A program made the translations under genes and the position numbers. From assembly GCA_049472315.1 (NCBI GenBank), contig JBLIRN010000010.1:1-64000 (forward strand): a DNA stretch of 64,000 bases, given 5' to 3'. Origin of the DNA: a bacterium. GTDB lineage: Bacteria; SZUA-182; DTGQ01; JAFGSM01. Numbering within the stretch: the stretch's first letter is position 1; each line of letters starts with the position of its first letter. Below the pieces are notes generated by a model. That model saw only the letters and a program-made list of their open reading frames with translations. It did no database searches and had not been told where the DNA came from. Below are positions 54,207 to 63,506 of this stretch, piece after piece.

Positions 54207-54538
54207 TGATTCACCCCTTCCTTAAGCCCCCCGAAAACGTGCACCCATGCTCGCTCAAACCTCAACGATGAAACACAATCGAATTAATGCACCTGCCATT
54301 CTTTAACTATATCCCAAAAAAAGCCATGTAATGGCGGTTTAGTTTAATATTCTATAAAAGATGCTATATATATTCAATTTAAATTATATCAATAATCCTA
54401 AAATGTGTCAAAAGTTTTCTCGCTATAGTGAACTAATAGAGTGTGGCTATGAGGGGGAAAAATTGTGGAAAAACACTATACATCTATTGACGTACCATCC
54501 GTTGAATTCTTACATGCGCGGAGAACCTCCTAACGAAA

Positions 54539-56437
54539 TCAGCCCCTTCCGGCGAGCCACCGCTGAAACATAAAGAGCGTCCACAGCTTCTTGCGGTTGT
54601 CGATCCTTCCCGCACAGTGGTCCTGAAGCAATCCATTCACCACATCCGGATCAAAGATGCCCTGCCTCCGTATCAGATCCGGATTCAGGGTATCCGCGAA
54701 GAGCTCCTTCAATTCGCCCTTGATCCAACGGGCCACGGGGATGCCGAATCCCTTCTTTTTTCGATGAATGATCGAGCGGGGCAGGAGCGGGGCAACGCCC
54801 TTCTTTAACAGGTACTTGGTCCTGAGGTGCTTCAATTTGAATGCAGGGGGAAGACGGGTGACAAAATCCACGCAGGTGTGGTCCAGAAAAGGCACCCGAA
54901 CCTCCAGGGAATGCGCCATACTCGCCCTGTCCACCTTGACCAGGAGATCATCCTGAAGATAGAGCTTGGCATCCAGGTAGAGGATCGCATGGAGGGGATG
55001 ATTGGCCTTGGCCCTGGCGAGATAATCCCTCACAATGGAGAAGGTGTCGTGCAGGGCCAGGGATTCCTTGATCTCGGGACGAAAGAGCGACGCCTTTTCC
55101 TGCGGGCTGAAGGAGCCCATCCAGAGGGTATGACGAATGCCGGGGGGGAGGGATATGCCGTCGATGAACCGCTTTGCACAAAAATCCAGGCTGAAATTCT
55201 TGTCCGAGACCGGAAGACTGCGGATGAGGGGCTCGATCAGACCTAGCCTCAGCATTCCGGGAAGCTTGAGGTAGAGTCCTGCCATGGCGTGTGCCTGGTA
55301 GGTGTAGTACCCGGCGAACAGCTCATCCCCACCGTCACCGCTAAGGGCAACGGTTACCTGTTCCCGGCAGAATTTGCACAGGAGATAGGTGGGCAGCAGG
55401 GAGGCATCAGCGAACGGCTCATCCATGATGTCACATACCCTTGGAAGGGCATCCAGCATCTGGGCAGTGTCGAACATCTTTTGATGGTGGTTGATACCGA
55501 TATGACGGGATGCCTGGAGTGCATAATCGGATTCATCAAAGGAAGGCTCGTAAAACCCGATCTGAAAGCTATCGATCGACTCGTTTGCCTGACGATGGGC
55601 AAGGGCGGTGACCGTACTGGAATCGATCCCACCGCTCAGGAATGTCCCCAGGGGGACATCGCTGATGAGCCTTCTTTTCACCGAGGCGCCAAGCAGGTCC
55701 AAATACTGTTCTTCGCATTCCCTTTCATCGAGCCCCTGTGCGGAGGTTCTTCCTGTCCGATAGTCCAAGTCCCAATATTCCTTGAGCCGGATGGCTCCCT
55801 TTTCGAAAATGAGCATGTGGCCGGGGGGAAGCTTTGATACCCCCTGATAGATGGTCTTGGGTGTGGGAACATATTCAAAGGTCAGATACAGATCGAGGGC
55901 CTCGAGATCCAGCTGCGGCTCCCATCCGGGATGCTTGAGCAGGGCCTTGATTTCGGAGGCAAAGACAATGTCCCCTTGTGTGGTGAGCATATAGTGGAGG
56001 GGCTTTATGCCCATTCGGTCCCTGACGAGGATGAGTCTCCTGCGCTGTGAATCCCACAGGGCGATGCCGAACATGCCGTTTAGGTCTTCGACAAAGGCAT
56101 CCCCCTTCTCCTCGTACAGGTGCAGGACGACCTCCCCGTCCGATCCGGACGTGAAATGGTGTCCCCGTTTGATCAGATCATCCCTCAGGTCGGGGAAATT
56201 GTAGATCTCTCCGTTGTGGAGCAGCCAGAGGGTGCGGTCCTCGTTGGTCATGGGCTGATGCCCGGTGGAGAGGTCTATAATGGAAAGACGGCGCATACCC
56301 AGGGCCATGTATCCGTCAAAGTGGGTTCCCCACTCATCAGGCCCCCGATGGACCATCGTGTCACACATGGCCTTGAGAATGGCATCAGCCGGTTCCGGCC
56401 TGGGGTCTTCCGAAGAGAAGCCGCAAATACCGCACAT
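54539..56437 (-). CDS. asnB: Asparagine synthase (glutamine-hydrolysing)-family amidotransferase
   Basis: N-terminal MCGICG; HRGPD, LSGGIDS, SGDGGDE, KVDRASM and KKGF motifs. Confidence 0.92.
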   Translation of the reverse strand: MCGICGFSSEDPRPEPADAILKAMCDTMVHRGPDEWGTHFDGYMALGMRRLSIIDLSTGHQPMTNEDRTLWLLHNGEIYNFPDLRDDLIKRGHHFTSGSDGEVVLHLYEEKGDAFVEDLNGMFGIALWDSQRRRLILVRDRMGIKPLHYMLTTQGDIVFASEIKALLKHPGWEPQLDLEALDLYLTFEYVPTPKTIYQGVSKLPPGHMLIFEKGAIRLKEYWDLDYRTGRTSAQGLDERECEEQYLDLLGASVKRRLISDVPLGTFLSGGIDSSTVTALAHRQANESIDSFQIGFYEPSFDESDYALQASRHIGINHHQKMFDTAQMLDALPRVCDIMDEPFADASLLPTYLLCKFCREQVTVALSGDGGDELFAGYYTYQAHAMAGLYLKLPGMLRLGLIEPLIRSLPVSDKNFSLDFCAKRFIDGISLPPGIRHTLWMGSFSPQEKASLFRPEIKESLALHDTFSIVRDYLARAKANHPLHAILYLDAKLYLQDDLLVKVDRASMAHSLEVRVPFLDHTCVDFVTRLPPAFKLKHLRTKYLLKKGVAPLLPRSIIHRKKKGFGIPVARWIKGELKELFADTLNPDLIRRQGIFDPDVVNGLLQDHCAGRIDNRKKLWTLFMFQRWLAGRG

Positions 56438-56537
56438 GGAGCTGTTCAGTCCTTATAAGGATTAAGAAAAAAAGGGATCATGGCCGTAAATAATTAACGC
56501 ATTATAAACAATATCCTTGGCTGCGGCAACCGCGTCT

Positions 56538-56661
56538 TGGGGTCAGGTCTTGAATTGACAGTTTTCGTTCCGAAAATAGAATCATATTTTCATGCTTCGT
56601 GGCGCCACAAAGTGGCATGAGCGTTTGCTGCAAAAAACTGTCATTTCAAGACCTGACCCCA
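56538..56661. mobile_element. Composite REP/MITE-like element, copy B
   Basis: Same terminal inverted repeats and internal hairpin as 38516..38640. Confidence 0.8.
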
Positions 56662-56683
56662 TTGAACCTGCGCCGGGAGAAAT

Positions 56684-56719
56684 AAAAAGGGCCCCTGGAG
56701 ATACCAGGGGCCCTTTTTT
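56684..56719. terminator. Bidirectional intrinsic terminator downstream of paralog 3
   Basis: AAAAAGGGCCCCTGG-AGATA-CCAGGGGCCCTTTTTT. Confidence 0.85.
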
Positions 56720-56781
56720 CGTCATATGCGGGCCATTGTTACATGAGTCTTCAACCCGGCGTTAACCGATACGACAATTCA

Positions 56782-59004
56782 TCAGTACGACCACCACGGC
56801 TTGACCTCGAGGTCGATGGTGATCACGGCATAGCCTCCCCGTATGTCGAAGGCGATGATTTCAACCTGGTAAAAACCGGGGAAGTGGGTGTAGAAGTGCC
56901 AAAACACATCCCCGTTTGGCAGGGTGCCGGTGGAGCCGATGTTGCTCGAAAAGTAGAGTTCGTCGCCATCGGGGTCCTCCACCCTGAGGGTGGGGGATGA
57001 CAACAGGAGTGGTTCCCCGGCCTTGACCACCTGCGGATGGTCCCAATCCATCATGATGACCGGAGGATGATTGAGCCACGTTCCCTTGTTGATACTGAAG
57101 AGTATGAACTCGCCGATCGCCGAGGCACCCCGGTCATCCGTGGCCACCAGCCGGGCCCGATACGTACCCTCGAATTTTGGGGTGAACCGTATGAGACCGC
57201 TGCAGGGTTCGACTATGCTTTCAATCCAAGGGCCGTATTGATAGGAAGGGAGACCGTCGAGGGTAAAGCTCCAGAATATGTTGTCCATGTCCGTTCTGAA
57301 CTGATCGGAGAGGGGGAATCCCGGCACATGGGTGGTTGCAGGCATGTTCGACAGCGAGAATATCGTGCAATCGGCGTCAACCATGCCGACGGCATAGGTG
57401 TTGAGCTGTCCTACGTAGAAGATCTGATCATCGAGATCCTCGAGATAGGGGGGATGGTTTTCAACCGGATAGTTCACCACGGATATGGGAAACGTCTCCA
57501 GATCCGATACCCTCCCGTTGGTCACCTCGATGCTCAGGATGATATCCTCGAAGTACTGAGGGGTGAAATCGAGTCGTGCGATATTGGGCCAGTAGGTAAA
57601 ACCGGCGTTCCACAAGGCGCATTCCAGGTAGAAGCATGGCAGAGGCCCGAAAAAGGGCTTTCCGAAATGCTCGATGACCTCTTCGGCGTCATAATAGGCC
57701 GGAATATAGGTCGGCATGCCGTCGTAGGGATTGATCTCCAGCGGGTTTATACCGAAAAACTGCGCCCCGCTCGCCCCGATTCCTCCGACCGTGGCGTTCC
57801 AGCCCAGGGTTTGGTTGAAGGATGTTCCGGGAATGAACTCCAGGTGCGGATTGCTTCCCAGGCGGTAGTTGGGATTCGCAAAGATCGGCAGGTTGACGTC
57901 AACGATGAAATCCCTGTCGAAGAGGTCTGATATGTTGGGGTCGGCCTCCGTACCGAACTTGTTGGGATCGGCTCCCAGGGAGAGCCAGTAGTCCTCGATT
58001 GCATTGGGATCCGTGATGAAGATGTCCTCGAACCTGTCGGTGAGCAGGAAATCAAGGATATTTGAGATCTCTTCATCTCCGGTGTCATAGTCCGCGAAGA
58101 AGAGGTATCGGTAGGGTTCGAAGATCTGTGCATAGCGCGGGCCGATTTTATACAGGTAGGGCTGGTACTCGCCGTAGGGGACAACCTCGCGTTTATGGAA
58201 GGCGATATTGTCAACCCGCAGCAGGGGGTGCTGAAACTTGACCATGGCGACCATGGAATTTCCCGTATCCCCGGTTGACGGGTCCGGTCCGAATCCGTCG
58301 CTGTAGTTTCGTTCCCCATCATCGGTAAGGTCCACATCACGGTCCAAATCCCTGATGATATGGCTCCACCTCCCCTGATTGAATTGCCTGCCTATTCTGA
58401 AGAGAAAACCAGGGGGATCATACTGTCCGGTAAAGATATCACCGGGGATTCCATCCCTGAACACGGGGCCGGTCTCGCATACCCCCTCGGGCCGGTAGAT
58501 GAGGAGTACCTGGTTCCCGTTCCTGGAGATCACCATGATCGAAGCCTCCCAGGTATCCCACCGTTCGATGCCAACAAAGGGTACCATGATGTCGAAGGAG
58601 AACAGGCTTTTGTCATTAATGGGGCTTTCGTCAGGATAGGTGACGTTTTGGTTCCATGCAAAAAAGGGATAAAACTGGTTTAAGTGGGACATCATGCAAC
58701 TGTAGAACAGGACCCTGCTCTTCAGCAATGGGCAGAATATGGTTTCAATCCGCCCAAAGCCCGTATAGGGTCAGTATCCGAAGACAGGGTAGGGCGGACA
58801 CGAGCTCTTCCACCCATAGTTGCTCGGTGCGTGCCAGTATTCGAAATCCTGCCATATAAAGGTATCAAGGCTGTGCCAGTCGGTGGACAACAATTCCTGC
58901 TGGGTGTAGATGGCTGACATTGCCAGGGTCCCGGAAAGCAATAGAATAATACAGATGGTAGCTATAATGAGAGGAAATAGGACACATTCCCTTCTGGACA
59001 TCAC
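56782..59004 (-). CDS. Uncharacterised secreted protein, paralog 3, with one in-frame TGA (candidate selenocysteine; alternatively a recent pseudogene)
   Basis: ORFs 58771..59004 and 56782..58728 share a frame and join across the TGA at 58771..58773 into 740 codons colinear with paralog 2. AAGGAGGG RBS and signal-like N-terminus present. Confidence 0.75.
58729..58756 (-). promoter_or_regulatory. Candidate bacterial SECIS hairpin 3' of the in-frame UGA
   Basis: UGGGCGGA / UCUGCCCA stem enclosing UUGAAACCAUAU; apical G about 25 nt after the UGA. Confidence 0.5.
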
Positions 59005-59523
59005 CGATCCCTCCTTTCGACTGCGTTTAGCTGCAATCTCAGAATAGTAGAATTTTTCGCATAGGGTGTCATGTCCGGCCCTTTGCTGATTGAACAGGGT
59101 AAGACACTACGCCGTCTTGAATGTGCGCGTGATGGTTCCCGCGAGGGATTGTGCGCACTGTAATGCTACATATGTCTATGAGAAAATTGAAAGGAACCTA
59201 TAACGAAAAAAGGAAAGAAGACACGCAAGAATTGTGAACCCTCGTTTTTGACCGGCCTCTCACCTCCTGTCTTGGCAAAGAATTGAAGTTCGTAACCTTT
59301 ATAGAGCAGAAAATAAAAGAAATAATCGGCGCTTTACTTTCGATAATAAATTTTATTGCCGATAAAATCATTTATAATATTATTTAAATTATACCATCTT
59401 ATAAAAATCCAATCAAATAAGGCAGGAAACGCCGGTTCTCGTCCCTCGACCATTCGCAAATAAACGATATACTGCCTGCTGAGGAAAATCCTGAGGAATA
59501 AGGTCCCGTTTTCGACACGCCGG

Positions 59524-60012
59524 TTACTGGCACATCATCATTTGCACCGCTGCAATCCCTTCGGGGGTGACCTTGTAACGTTTTTGCGCTTGCCTTGTGG
59601 TGCCCTTTTTGAGTGTCTGTACCATAAGTTTGGGTCTTTTATTCATCAAGCTGTTGATGGTGGCGGTTATGTTACGCACGCTGTGCCCCAGGCTGGCGAG
59701 TTTCATGGTTATTTCTCGCGCGGTAAGGTCTTCTCCAGGTTGGGTTGTCTGAAGATACGCTGCAACAGCGAGCACCCTTTCCGCATCGTTTTCCGGGCGA
59801 GCCTTGTCAAAGAGGTCCGACGGGGGCGGAAGGGGTTGTCCATCGCCTGAGCCGGCAATCTCCCACCCGGTATCCTTGCTCATCTCCCATGGAAGATCAA
59901 GGGAGAGCTTTTCAAGAACCCAGCTCATAATACGCCGCTGCGCATGCGCATCGAGACCTCTCAGGGATGCGTAGATTTCGTTCATGATCCGTATTTCAGG
60001 GTCTAATTTCAT
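59524..60012 (-). CDS. Hypothetical protein with probable C-terminal winged-helix domain
   Basis: LTAREIT..L...G..V.NIT..I..L...YKVTPEG pattern; start after a GAGGGA RBS. Confidence 0.65.
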   Translation of the reverse strand: MKLDPEIRIMNEIYASLRGLDAHAQRRIMSWVLEKLSLDLPWEMSKDTGWEIAGSGDGQPLPPPSDLFDKARPENDAERVLAVAAYLQTTQPGEDLTAREITMKLASLGHSVRNITATINSLMNKRPKLMVQTLKKGTTRQAQKRYKVTPEGIAAVQMMMCQ

Positions 60013-60186
60013 TCCCTCACCGATCGGTTGATACACCCAGGCCTGATTTCTTCATGCGTGAGTAGTGGAAAGGATCTCTTTTGTTATGATACGTCCGCAT
60101 TAAGGAACCAGAAGGTCATAGGGTATGTATATATCACTATCGATGTAATTGCAAGAGTATTAAATGAAATATTAATGATGATATAA

Positions 60187-60202
60187 TGTTTCACGTGAAA
60201 TC
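60187..60202. promoter_or_regulatory. parS-like site
   Basis: TGTTTCACGTGAAATC, a 14/16 match to TGTTTCACGTGAAACA, in AT-rich intergenic DNA. Confidence 0.5.
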
Positions 60203-60473
60203 ATTTAATAATAATGCAATGAATCATTCAATAACATTAAATCTGTCATGATTGCAATGGGTTTCTTATTGGCTTGTGTTCCTTCGTACGAAAGGCGCGA
60301 TCCGCGAATGCCCCATAGGAGGACCCCCAACAACCAATCATATCTCCTGTGAATGGAGGTGACTGAATTCAAAACGAAATTATGCGGCAATGGAGGAAAT
60401 ACGAGAGGCTTAAACAAAGGGGATATCAGCAGGGTGTTCGTCTCTTCCGGGTATTACATGCAGAAAGGCATCA

Positions 60474-60836
60474 CTACAGGGAATTGTAATGGCTGATGGA
60501 TTTGCTGATCTTGCCGTTTCCATCAAAAAAGAGGACCTCGACGCTGCGTTTTCCCAGTATTGAGTTATGGTAGATGGAGATGCTGTTGACGCTTGACAGG
60601 ACCTCGATCAATTCGTACCTCAATTGGGGCAGCAATTTAAATGCCTTTTGCATGAAGGTCCGGATGGTATCCTTTCCCTTGAGGGTTCCCGTCTGAATGT
60701 TAAGGAGGCTGACGGCATAGGGTGTGGTCAGTTCAAGGTCGTCGGCATAGAATTCCAGGATTCGGTTCACATCATGGGAGTTCCATGCATCAATCCATCC
60801 TTGTGCAAAGCGGAGCACCTGTTCATTGTGTGCCAT
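60474..60836 (-). CDS. SnoaL-like / NTF2 family protein
   Basis: WIDAWNSHD...YADD pattern; 120 aa. Confidence 0.85.
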   Translation of the reverse strand: MAHNEQVLRFAQGWIDAWNSHDVNRILEFYADDLELTTPYAVSLLNIQTGTLKGKDTIRTFMQKAFKLLPQLRYELIEVLSSVNSISIYHNSILGKRSVEVLFFDGNGKISKSISHYNSL

Positions 60837-60941
60837 TGTTCCGGTCCCCCTCCGGTCAAGGTGAACTTCATTCGGTCAATTGCAATACACCGATGGCGGC
60901 CTCATGCCCCTATTTTTATTCGACCAACACCCGCGATGTCT

Positions 60942-62117
60942 TCAGGGTCGTTCCGTGATGGGTTCCACCCCATGCCATTGGACGATACGGATGTCGCTTT
61001 CGATACGGGCATCGATCCTGGTTGGGTAACCGGCAATGCTGACTGAACTGGTAAGGACAAAGGGGTTGATGCGCTGCGCGATGAGAACCCCTCTGGTGGC
61101 GTCGAAGATGCACGATCCCTTGATGTGTCCCGAGGCGTTCATGATGCCCGACATGGTCGCCTGTGGCGTGATCGCCAGGCTCGTTTTCTGCCCGTTCCGC
61201 TCCACCACCAGCAGGGTGGGCCGGTCAACGGGGGAAAGGGAGACGGCGAGGCTGAGATCCAACCAGGTATGGACGTCCATGCTGCCGAGCCTCAGGATCG
61301 CATCCCCCGGCAACATACCTGCCTCGTCAGCGGGAGATCCCGGGACCACCCGGTCGGCGATCACCTCGTGGTCTCCTGTTTCCTGAGCGGTGCCTTGGAC
61401 AATCCCGATGACCTTCTTCAGGCCAATCTCCTTGTCAATGAGCTCGAATTCACCCTCAAAATCGATCCATACCCATATGTTGCCGCGGATCTCTGCTGTC
61501 CTTGCCACATGGTAGGTACAGGTGCCGGGGATCACCGCCTCGGGAATGTCCGGTGCGATGGCAAGAAGGGCATCCCCGGTCCAACGTGCCCCGACGTCAA
61601 CGGGGGTTTCGGGAAAAACGGGAATGGAGCGCATATCGACGAAGCCGGAAATATCGGTCATCTCTCCATACTGGGTGATCGAAAACCCGCCGAGGCGATC
61701 GGATGAGGAAAAAAGGAACCTGAGGGCGTCAAATCCCTCCCCCTCCGCTTCAAGGTCGTTTCCGGTCAACGTTATCCGAGCGGTTCCATCGCCTGAAACC
61801 TCAGTGACTCCATAGGTCAATCCCATGGAATGCCTCTGGCTCGTGTTCCCCTCCTCGTCCTGTACGAAGGTGCGTTGTTCCGCGCGATACAGCACCTTCA
61901 TCCCAGGCATGAATCTCCATCGAAGCAGAAGCGGGCCCGGGGCATTGATGCCCCAACCGGACTCCAGCCACAGTGATTCGCCTTGAGCGGAGGCGGGTCG
62001 TTTCGCCCTTATGGAGGCACACGAGGTGCACAGAACGGCGAGTGCGCACCACCATACGAAAATTACAGTAGTTTCAGACAGGAATCTCTTCATATCAGGG
62101 CCTTTCCTCATGCTCAA
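60942..62117 (-). CDS. Putative lipoprotein with PDZ domain
   Basis: Lipobox-like CTSC; VVPGSPADEAGMLPGDAIL..LVVERNG PDZ motif. Confidence 0.72.
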   Translation of the reverse strand: MSMRKGPDMKRFLSETTVIFVWWCALAVLCTSCASIRAKRPASAQGESLWLESGWGINAPGPLLLRWRFMPGMKVLYRAEQRTFVQDEEGNTSQRHSMGLTYGVTEVSGDGTARITLTGNDLEAEGEGFDALRFLFSSSDRLGGFSITQYGEMTDISGFVDMRSIPVFPETPVDVGARWTGDALLAIAPDIPEAVIPGTCTYHVARTAEIRGNIWVWIDFEGEFELIDKEIGLKKVIGIVQGTAQETGDHEVIADRVVPGSPADEAGMLPGDAILRLGSMDVHTWLDLSLAVSLSPVDRPTLLVVERNGQKTSLAITPQATMSGIMNASGHIKGSCIFDATRGVLIAQRINPFVLTSSVSIAGYPTRIDARIESDIRIVQWHGVEPITERP

Positions 62118-62211
62118 AACCTAACCATTGTCCCGTACATTTCTCTTCATAGTTATCTATTGCCTGCAATAATTGCATTGCAGATTCAGCGTAAACGTTG
62201 AGTGGTTTCTC

Positions 62212-62613
62212 CTAAATATATCTATTTACGAATACTTGTGGTTTTATAATCTCAATACCTTGATATCCGGAGACTTTCAATAGATGTTTATCACCGCTAA
62301 CTATTAGATTACTTCTGCTACTAATTGCACATGCAATAAATTTATCATCATCAGGATCATCACAAATAGGTTCAGATAGGTTATTAACATAGATGAATTC
62401 AGCTTTAATTGTTAATAATTCGAGTATTGGGTTTAGATCGATCAGTGGAAACTGATTAGATAATTCTTTACCAACACGGTAGTATTCATCGAATATTTCT
62501 GGTGAGATAACAATTGCTAATTTGTCATCATGCCATGCCTTGAGGATTTGAAACGGAGGACCTGTAAAAAAGACTCCCGAGATAAATACATTAGTATCGA
62601 GGACAATCCTCAA
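62212..62613 (-). CDS. PIN-domain toxin (VapC-like)
   Basis: MRIVLDTNV, CDDPDDDKF and IVSGDKHLL motifs; overlaps the antitoxin stop. Confidence 0.92.
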   Translation of the reverse strand: MRIVLDTNVFISGVFFTGPPFQILKAWHDDKLAIVISPEIFDEYYRVGKELSNQFPLIDLNPILELLTIKAEFIYVNNLSEPICDDPDDDKFIACAISSRSNLIVSGDKHLLKVSGYQGIEIIKPQVFVNRYI

Positions 62614-62873
62614 TTTTTGCCCCGAACCTTAGTAATAGCAGCAGATATGTTGGCTTTTTTCATTCCTGATTTTTCGGCATATTTGCGAGCTTGAATAATT
62701 ATATCATCAAAATCTTTAATTGATGGCGGGTTTATTGATTTCAGTATTACTACATCTTTTTCTCCAATTACAATAAATTGAGAACCTTCTTTCAATTTCA
62801 GTCGCTTACGAATTTCCTCTGGAATTACAACTTGGCCCTTTGAAGACATCTTGGTTGTGGACAACTTTGACAT
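62610..62873 (-). CDS. AbrB/MazE/SpoVT-family antitoxin
   Basis: MSSKGQVVIPEEIRKRL..EG motif. Confidence 0.92.
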   Translation of the reverse strand: MSKLSTTKMSSKGQVVIPEEIRKRLKLKEGSQFIVIGEKDVVILKSINPPSIKDFDDIIIQARKYAEKSGMKKANISAAITKVRGKN

Positions 62874-62914
62874 AGTATAGCTCCTATCTTGACGAAATAA
62901 ATACCACCGAAAAA

Positions 62915-62958
62915 AATCTTACTAGTAAGATTATAAACAATTATGCAGCTCGACTCAA
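62915..62958 (-). promoter_or_regulatory. TA operon promoter with overlapping perfect palindrome (operator)
   Basis: Minus strand TTGAGT-N17-TATAAT; 18-bp palindrome AATCTTACTAGTAAGATT at 62915..62932. Confidence 0.7.
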
Positions 62959-63071
62959 GACTCATGGAGCATGTTTAAAAAAAACGTCGAGGTCGTAAAG
63001 AATGGATTTTGGAGAGTGCCTCATCGTTCTTTCAGGGGGCAAGGATCGGACTACCAACCTAATCTGACAGA

Positions 63072-63506
63072 TTAGAGGGCGGACTCGATCCATCGAAGGA
63101 TGCCGTCAACATCCATGGCCCCGGTGTGGCGGGCGATCTCACGCCCTGACCGAAAGATGATCATGGTGGGAATACCCCGGATGCCGTATTGCGCGCCGAT
63201 CCCCTGTTCCTGTTCGGTGTTGAGCCTGGCAAGACGCACCCTGGGCTCCAGTTGACGGGCGGCCTGTTCGAAAAAGGGGGCCATCGTCCTGCAGGGGCCG
63301 CACCATGGTGCCCAGAAGTCCACTACCACCGGGATGGTGGAGTGGTTGATATGTATGGCGAAATTCGCTGCGGAGAGCTCAATGGGATGGGCGTTGAACA
63401 GGGAGGTCTTGCATCTCCCGCATGTCGGCCGGTCGTTAAGGCGCTCACCGGGTACGCGGTTTGTGGTGTTACAGGAGGGGCACACGATATGTAATGGTGC
63501 ATTCAT
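63072..63506 (-). CDS. trxC: Thioredoxin 2 (zinc-finger thioredoxin)
   Basis: N-terminal CxxC..CxxC followed by WCGPC. Confidence 0.94.
   Translation of the reverse strand: MNAPLHIVCPSCNTTNRVPGERLNDRPTCGRCKTSLFNAHPIELSAANFAIHINHSTIPVVVDFWAPWCGPCRTMAPFFEQAARQLEPRVRLARLNTEQEQGIGAQYGIRGIPTMIIFRSGREIARHTGAMDVDGILRWIESAL

Noticed and set aside
54539..56437. AsnB as a lasso-peptide cyclase
   Set aside because: It keeps the N-terminal Cys glutaminase domain, and no precursor, RRE or B-protein genes are nearby.
58771..58773. Genome-wide TGA reassignment (code 4 or 25)
   Set aside because: Many conserved genes here end at TGA at their expected C-termini (leuS, holA, hisF, ileS, cobO).
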